The translations under genes and the position numbers were made by a program. Positions 58,839 to 64,000 of a DNA stretch of 64,000 bases are shown one piece after another. Position 1 is the first letter of the stretch. Every line of letters begins with the position of its first letter. This DNA comes from Salinivirgaceae bacterium. GTDB taxonomy: Bacteria; Bacteroidota; Bacteroidia; Bacteroidales; SZUA-534. The notes beneath the pieces were generated by a model. The model was not told where the DNA came from, did not search any database, and saw nothing but the letters and a program-made list of their open reading frames with translations. Location of the stretch: contig JBFXEW010000007.1 of assembly GCA_050179685.1 (NCBI GenBank), positions 79,223 through 143,222 of the forward strand. The letters are read 5' to 3'.

Positions 58839-60095
58839 ATGGAAAATATTCAGGTTCAGGTTTCGTCTGAAATTGGTGAATTAGAGGCGGTGATTTTACA
58901 TACACCCGGCCAGGAGGTCGAAAACATGACCCCGAAAAATGCTGAACGTGCGCTGTATAGCGATATCCTGAATTTAGCAGTTGCCCAAAAGGAATACTGT
59001 CAATTTAAAGGCGTGGTGCAAAAACACGCTAAAGTTCTTGAACTGCGCGATTTACTTCACGAAATTCTTAAGATTGACGAAGTTAAAAAGCAACTGGTTG
59101 ATGAGATATTTTATTATGAAAATATTCAGGACAGTAAAGATTACCTGCTTTCGCTCGACACCAACGATTTAACCCGCGTGTTAATCGAAGGGGTGATTAT
59201 GAAAAAAGACAATCTTACCCGCTTTTTTAATAAAGACCGGTATTCCATGCGTCCCCTGCATAACTTTTTCTTTATGCGCGATGCTTCTATGGCAGTTAAT
59301 CAAAATGTGCTTATTGGAAAAATGGCCAGCCCGGTACGCGATCGGGAAACACGAATTATGGAAGCTATTTTCAAGCATCATCCAACGTTTACCACCCAAA
59401 CCATCAATCCGGTACGTTTTAATGGAGCCGGACCTGAAATTTCAATTGAAGGAGGCGATTTTTTGGTTGCCCGCGAAGATGTTTTGGTTATCGGAACGGG
59501 TATGAGAACCACCTCACAGGGCATCGATTTTATTTTGGAGCAGGCGCAACAGCGCGGAATTATTAAGCACATTATTGTACAGGAATTACCCGAATCGCCC
59601 GAATCGTTTATTCATCTTGATATGGTGTTTACTTTTCTGGATACCAACAAATGCATGGTGTTTGAACCGGTAATTTTGCAGCCAAATAAATACCAAACCG
59701 TACATATTCAGCTGCTTGGCGACCGGGTAAAAATAAATACCGTTTCAAATTTATTGGTTTGCTTAAAAAGTTTAGGCATCGATGTGGAGCCGGTTTATTG
59801 CGGCGGGCAAGCCGATCCGTGGACCCAGGAACGCGAGCAATGGCACAGCGGTGCTAACTTTTTTGCACTTGGGCCAGGCAAAGTAATTGGTTACGAACGG
59901 AATGTTTACACCATGGATGAAATGAATAAGCATGGTTTCGAGATTATCCGCGCACGCGATGTGATAAACAAAAAAGTGAATCTTGAAAGCTACGATAAAT
60001 ACGTGCTAACCATTGATGGATCGGAATTGGCCCGTGGCGGTGGCGGGGCCCGTTGTATGTCGATGCCGGTGCGCCGGAAAAAAGTTAACTGGTAA
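58839..60095 (+). CDS. arcA: Arginine deiminase
   Basis: 'SEIGELEAVILHTPG', 'FFMRD', 'IEGGD', 'IHLDMV' and 'ELARGGGGARCMS' with the catalytic Cys. Confidence 0.92.
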   Translation: MENIQVQVSSEIGELEAVILHTPGQEVENMTPKNAERALYSDILNLAVAQKEYCQFKGVVQKHAKVLELRDLLHEILKIDEVKKQLVDEIFYYENIQDSKDYLLSLDTNDLTRVLIEGVIMKKDNLTRFFNKDRYSMRPLHNFFFMRDASMAVNQNVLIGKMASPVRDRETRIMEAIFKHHPTFTTQTINPVRFNGAGPEISIEGGDFLVAREDVLVIGTGMRTTSQGIDFILEQAQQRGIIKHIIVQELPESPESFIHLDMVFTFLDTNKCMVFEPVILQPNKYQTVHIQLLGDRVKINTVSNLLVCLKSLGIDVEPVYCGGQADPWTQEREQWHSGANFFALGPGKVIGYERNVYTMDEMNKHGFEIIRARDVINKKVNLESYDKYVLTIDGSELARGGGGARCMSMPVRRKKVNW

Positions 60096-60113
60096 ATCTA
60101 TTCTTTTTAAGGC

Positions 60114-60644
60114 ATGAGAAAACGTTTAAACGAAGAGCTTGGACGCATTTCTGTTGATGAATTTAAACAAGCCGAAAAAGCACCCATTGTGGTTGTGCTC
60201 GATAATGTGAGAAGCTTAAACAATATTGGCTCGGTTTTTAGAACCGGCGATGGATTTTGTATCGAAGCCGTTTATTTATGTGGAATTACTGCTACGCCGC
60301 CCAATAAAGACATTCATAAAACTGCTTTGGGCGCAACGGAATCGGTTCATTGGGAATATTTTGAACATACCAGCGATGCGGTTGAGAAGTTAAAAAACGC
60401 AAATTATACCGTATTTGCCATTGAGCAGGTTGAAGGTAGCATAAGTCTGGAACAGTTTTCTCCAAAAAGTGATGAAAAGTACGCACTTGTTTTTGGTCAC
60501 GAGGTAAAAGGAGTATCGCAGAAAGTTGTAAACCTGTGCCATGGTAGCATTGAGATTCCTCAGTTCGGCACAAAACATTCGTTTAATATTTCAGTAAGTG
60601 CCGGCATTGTATTGTGGGACTTTTTCCGAAAACTCCGTTTATAA
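60114..60644 (+). CDS. SpoU/TrmH-family RNA 2'-O-methyltransferase
   Basis: 'VLDNVRSLNNIGSVFRT', 'FGHEVKG' and 'IPQFGTKHSFNISV'. Confidence 0.9.
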   Translation: MRKRLNEELGRISVDEFKQAEKAPIVVVLDNVRSLNNIGSVFRTGDGFCIEAVYLCGITATPPNKDIHKTALGATESVHWEYFEHTSDAVEKLKNANYTVFAIEQVEGSISLEQFSPKSDEKYALVFGHEVKGVSQKVVNLCHGSIEIPQFGTKHSFNISVSAGIVLWDFFRKLRL

Positions 60645-60661
60645 CTATAAAGTATTCACAT

Positions 60662-60699
60662 AAAAAGAGAGGCTCACCAATTGGTGAGCCCCTCTTTTT
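60662..60699. terminator. Bidirectional terminator
   Basis: AAAAAGAG-AG-GCTCACC-AATT-GGTGAGC-CC-CTCTTTTT. Confidence 0.85.
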
Positions 60700-60720
60700 A
60701 TAATTTATTTTATCTTTTAC

Positions 60721-62475
60721 TTATTCAACAATGCTTTTGAAAGTACCATCGTTGGCATATTGAGCAAATTCAATGTCTTTTGCTGCATAAGCTTTAAACG
60801 ATGCATCTTTTTCAATTGCAGTTCTTAAGTTGTTAAACAGAAGATCAGTGTCTTGTTTGCGTGCACCAATAATTGCTTTTAAGTACGAAACATTAGCAGC
60901 ATCCTGATTCTCAACTTTTGAAAGAATACCCAATGCAGCATCGTAAGTATCAGCATTTTTAGTAACAGAGTAGTTCAACATTTTAACCAATGCAAAGTTA
61001 AAGGTGTTGTACTTGCTGCTTACAAATAAGTTAAGGGCGTTTTCATAAGCTCCGTGTTTAGAAGCAACCAAAGCCTGATTGTAGCTTACCTGATTTCCAG
61101 CACCAGCTGCAGCATCATAATATTCTTTAGCGGCTTTAATATCACCTTCCATATGAGCTACTACACCCAGGTTGTTAAGAACTTTTGTGTTCGAAGCATC
61201 CAATTTTTTGGCTTCTTCTAATGCAGCTTTGGCTTCGGCAACTTTACCCTGTTTTAGGTAGATGTAACCTACGTTGTTGTGACCTCTCCAGTCGTCAGCA
61301 AAGTTGCTGGCTACTTTCTTGTAGATACTTAGTTTTGTATTTAGGTCGCTTACCAACGAAGCAGCGTACATCAATTCTTCTACTTTTAAAGTATCAGGAT
61401 TTGAAACGGCCAGTTCTTTTAACTCTTCGTCAGAATAACCTACAATGGCAATATTTACAATAAGTTTCGAACGACGTAACTGAGGAAGAATATCTTCGGC
61501 AATTACTTCGTAAGCTGCTGCAATATTTTTAATTTCTTTCTCACGAACTACAGGGTCAGAATACATTGAAAGAACACGAAGAATGAGTTCTTTATCCTGA
61601 ATGTCAGATTCCTGCATTAATTTTTTGAAACCTTCCCAGTCCTCTGGAGTTGCTTTTGAAAGCATGAAAGATTCTTCTTCCAATCCGGCAACTTTTGATT
61701 TCTTCAATTCGCGGGCAAAATAGCTTTCTGAATTTTTCATACGGTTTTCAGAAAGTTTGGTATTCAATGTTTCTGGTCCGTCAGGAGAAGCGTAAGCTGA
61801 AATTTCAACGCCTTTAAATTCTACATTTTCTTTTGAAGCTGAAGCAGCAACAAAATCCTGTAAAGCTTTAATTTCTTCTTTTTTAAGTTCCTGACCACGG
61901 ATGGTAGCCTGATTAATCACAAAGTGAATGGTAGCTTCTTTTGATTCAGTAGTTACACGAACAAATTTGTCGTCGGCAGCAATAGGCATGGCATCAGCTT
62001 CGAGTAATAATGCTGTAGCCATAGTTCCATCGGCCAGTTTAACTTCAGGTAATTCACCTGAATCTTTTCCAACGGTAGCTTTTACGCGGCCAACCAAAGT
62101 TGCCTGACGCATTCCTTCAACAAAGGCTATTTTTGAAGTAACCGAATAAGTTCCACCGCTGGTGAACGATACAACCTGATTATTAGCCTGAGCTTCTTCA
62201 CCTTGTAGTACAAGGCTCTTAAAAGCTTGTTCTCCACCATCGTATTTTAATACTGGAGTAATTTCAAGGATGGCATCCTTTTGAAAATACTTTACCGGAA
62301 AGGTAACTTTAAGTGTAGCTTCAACGCTGTCGCCATGCATTTCAAGTACTTTAGGGGTAACCTCGTACTTTACTTCAGCGGCCATTTTTACCATTTTATT
62401 CAACCCTCCACAACTTGATAAAAGGAGCGCTGCAAATGCAAAAGATGCTAAAATTTTAACATTTAAATTTTTCAT
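60721..62475 (-). CDS. Conserved Bacteroidota lipoprotein with OmpA-like domain and TPR repeats
   Basis: Lipobox 'LLSSC', 'SAYASPDG...LSENR' and TPRs 'WRGHNNVG', 'VLNNLG'. TAGCTTTG promoter box at 62529-62536. Confidence 0.8.
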   Translation of the reverse strand: MKNLNVKILASFAFAALLLSSCGGLNKMVKMAAEVKYEVTPKVLEMHGDSVEATLKVTFPVKYFQKDAILEITPVLKYDGGEQAFKSLVLQGEEAQANNQVVSFTSGGTYSVTSKIAFVEGMRQATLVGRVKATVGKDSGELPEVKLADGTMATALLLEADAMPIAADDKFVRVTTESKEATIHFVINQATIRGQELKKEEIKALQDFVAASASKENVEFKGVEISAYASPDGPETLNTKLSENRMKNSESYFARELKKSKVAGLEEESFMLSKATPEDWEGFKKLMQESDIQDKELILRVLSMYSDPVVREKEIKNIAAAYEVIAEDILPQLRRSKLIVNIAIVGYSDEELKELAVSNPDTLKVEELMYAASLVSDLNTKLSIYKKVASNFADDWRGHNNVGYIYLKQGKVAEAKAALEEAKKLDASNTKVLNNLGVVAHMEGDIKAAKEYYDAAAGAGNQVSYNQALVASKHGAYENALNLFVSSKYNTFNFALVKMLNYSVTKNADTYDAALGILSKVENQDAANVSYLKAIIGARKQDTDLLFNNLRTAIEKDASFKAYAAKDIEFAQYANDGTFKSIVE

Positions 62476-62585
62476 AATTGCCTAATTAGTTGATTTATCG
62501 TTAATAATTTACTTTTTTTACGATTTTACAAAGCTAAAATGTTTTTGTTAAAAAAAAAACAATAAGTGCTTATTTGTTGAATCTG

Positions 62586-63200
62586 TCAGGTCTGAATGCC
62601 AAAATTTGATGCAATCACCGTTTGGTCAGAATCTATATTTAGAGTACTGTTTAAAGTGTAAAACACATTTTTAAATTCATTGTTTAAATGCGTGTAGTCT
62701 TTTTTGAGAACCTCCATAGCAAAAGGCACCTGATTGGGAACTGAAGTTCTGCGGGCCATACCCATTAGTACCCGTTCAATACCTTCTGTGGTTTTATAGA
62801 GTTCCAACCAATTGTTTTGAATCATAAAACCAGCCATTTCCCTAAGTTCTTTGGGTAAAATGAACGCATTTTCTTTTATGTAAGTATAAACCTTTTGTGC
62901 AAAGTCATGGAGCGGTTCGTGATGAAAGGATTCCCATTGCCGGGCTAAAAAATGGTCGTAAATTATATCGACCACAATACCGGAATGTAATCGGTACTTT
63001 TCGCGAAAGCGATCCCTACTTTGTTTATGACTGTCGTGTCTATCGGTAATGGTATCAATCTGACGATGCAAAATAATTCCCTGTCTGATGGTTTCAGGAT
63101 AAAGATTTAACTGGTTCCCTTTAACAAAATCGCCCATAAAATTTCCCAACATCGACTCATCAATGCTTCGCGACAGATACAAATGAGCTAAAATATTCAT
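62586..63200 (-). CDS. acpH: Acyl carrier protein phosphodiesterase
   Basis: 'MNILAHLYLS...GNFMGDFVKG', 'LHRQIDTITD' and 'DIIYDHFLA'. Confidence 0.9.
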   Translation of the reverse strand: MNILAHLYLSRSIDESMLGNFMGDFVKGNQLNLYPETIRQGIILHRQIDTITDRHDSHKQSRDRFREKYRLHSGIVVDIIYDHFLARQWESFHHEPLHDFAQKVYTYIKENAFILPKELREMAGFMIQNNWLELYKTTEGIERVLMGMARRTSVPNQVPFAMEVLKKDYTHLNNEFKNVFYTLNSTLNIDSDQTVIASNFGIQT

Positions 63201-63376
63201 GTACTAAATACAATAAAACTGAAAACTTGTTCTGAAACGCTCCCTATTAACTGAATTATAACAGGTAAATATATTTTGCTTAACATATTTTCTGCTCATT
63301 AAAGATGACGGTAAAAAAACTAAATTTGTTAGTAACAATCACTTTATTAACAACAAAAATATAAAACGGAGGACTT

Positions 63377-64000
63377 ATGTCGAAAAAGAATGTCATTATT
63401 ATTGGTGCGGCTGGCCGCGATTTTCACAATTTTAACACCTATTACCGCGATAACGAATCGTACAACGTAGTTGCATTTACCGCAGCTCAAATTCCCGATA
63501 TTGATGGTCGTAAATACCCGACTGAATTAGCCGGAAAATTATATCCCGCCGGAATTCCTATCTATGCTGAGCACGATTTACCCCGTCTCATTAAAGAACT
63601 CAATGTTCATACCTGCATTTTTTCATACAGCGATGTTCCTTACCAAAGGGTAATGGAAATTAGTTCCATAGTTAATGCTGCAGGAGCTAATTTTGGATTA
63701 CTCGGTCCTGGTCAAACTCAGGTAAAAAGCACCAAACCGGTAATTGCTGTTGTGGCTACCCGTACCGGTTGCGGAAAAAGTCAAACTTCGCGCAAGGTTA
63801 TTGAATACCTTATGGCTAAAGGCCTAAAAGTTGTTGCCATTCGTCACCCTATGCCTTACGGCGATTTGAACGCACAAAAAGTGCAACGTTTTGCCAAGGT
63901 CGAAGATTTAGCCAAACACAAATGTACCGTGGAAGAAATGGAAGAATACGAACCACATGTGGTACGCGGAAATGTTATTTATGCCGGGGTTGATTACGAA
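63377..64000 (+). CDS. cDPG-synthetase-like P-loop protein (COG2403-type; possible arginine synthetase), 3' truncated and absent from the ORF track
   Basis: My translation: MSKKNVIIIGAAGRDFHNFN...VVAFTAAQIPDIDGRKYP...YSDV...ATRTGCGKSQTSR...IRHPMPYGDL...CTVEEMEEYEPH...YAGVDYE, open to the window end. Confidence 0.8.
   Translation, partial: MSKKNVIIIGAAGRDFHNFNTYYRDNESYNVVAFTAAQIPDIDGRKYPTELAGKLYPAGIPIYAEHDLPRLIKELNVHTCIFSYSDVPYQRVMEISSIVNAAGANFGLLGPGQTQVKSTKPVIAVVATRTGCGKSQTSRKVIEYLMAKGLKVVAIRHPMPYGDLNAQKVQRFAKVEDLAKHKCTVEEMEEYEPHVVRGNVIYAGVDYE

Overview
Chromosomal window (roughly 40% GC) from a member of the Bacteroidota, probably an environmental Bacteroidales/Marinilabiliales-like organism. 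The lineage call rests on many TAnnTTTG -7 promoter boxes, A-rich start contexts without Shine-Dalgarno sites, and a typical gene set. Most of the window is housekeeping: wzc/wecA-like, uvrA, smpB, miaA, hflX, lysS, lipAB, recJ, dapD, tsaC, tig-clpP-clpX, tRNA-Leu(TAG), mutAB, pgi, gpsA, sixA-ppk1-ppx, mgtE, rsmA, ppa, dps and arcA. There is no prophage, CRISPR array or intact transposase. Four things stand out. (1) A divergent DNA-damage cassette (SnoaL + CI-like HTH/S24 repressor versus dinB + SRAP) carries two tandem GATTA-N5-TAATC palindromes that overlap the repressor-side promoter and are a candidate SOS operator. (2) A ~900-bp non-coding mosaic between pgi and mutA holds a 42-bp alternating-hairpin array between 19-bp direct repeats, a 147-bp MITE with a 10-bp target duplication, and a 29-unit heptamer array whose consensus drifts while the 7-bp phase is kept. 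(3) A chemoreceptor with a CxxCH c-type heme motif and an orphan CheW occur in a typically non-flagellated phylum. (4) A truncated cDPG-synthetase-like P-loop gene near arcA may be an energy-conserving arginine synthetase. All product calls come from motif recognition by eye; no searches were run.
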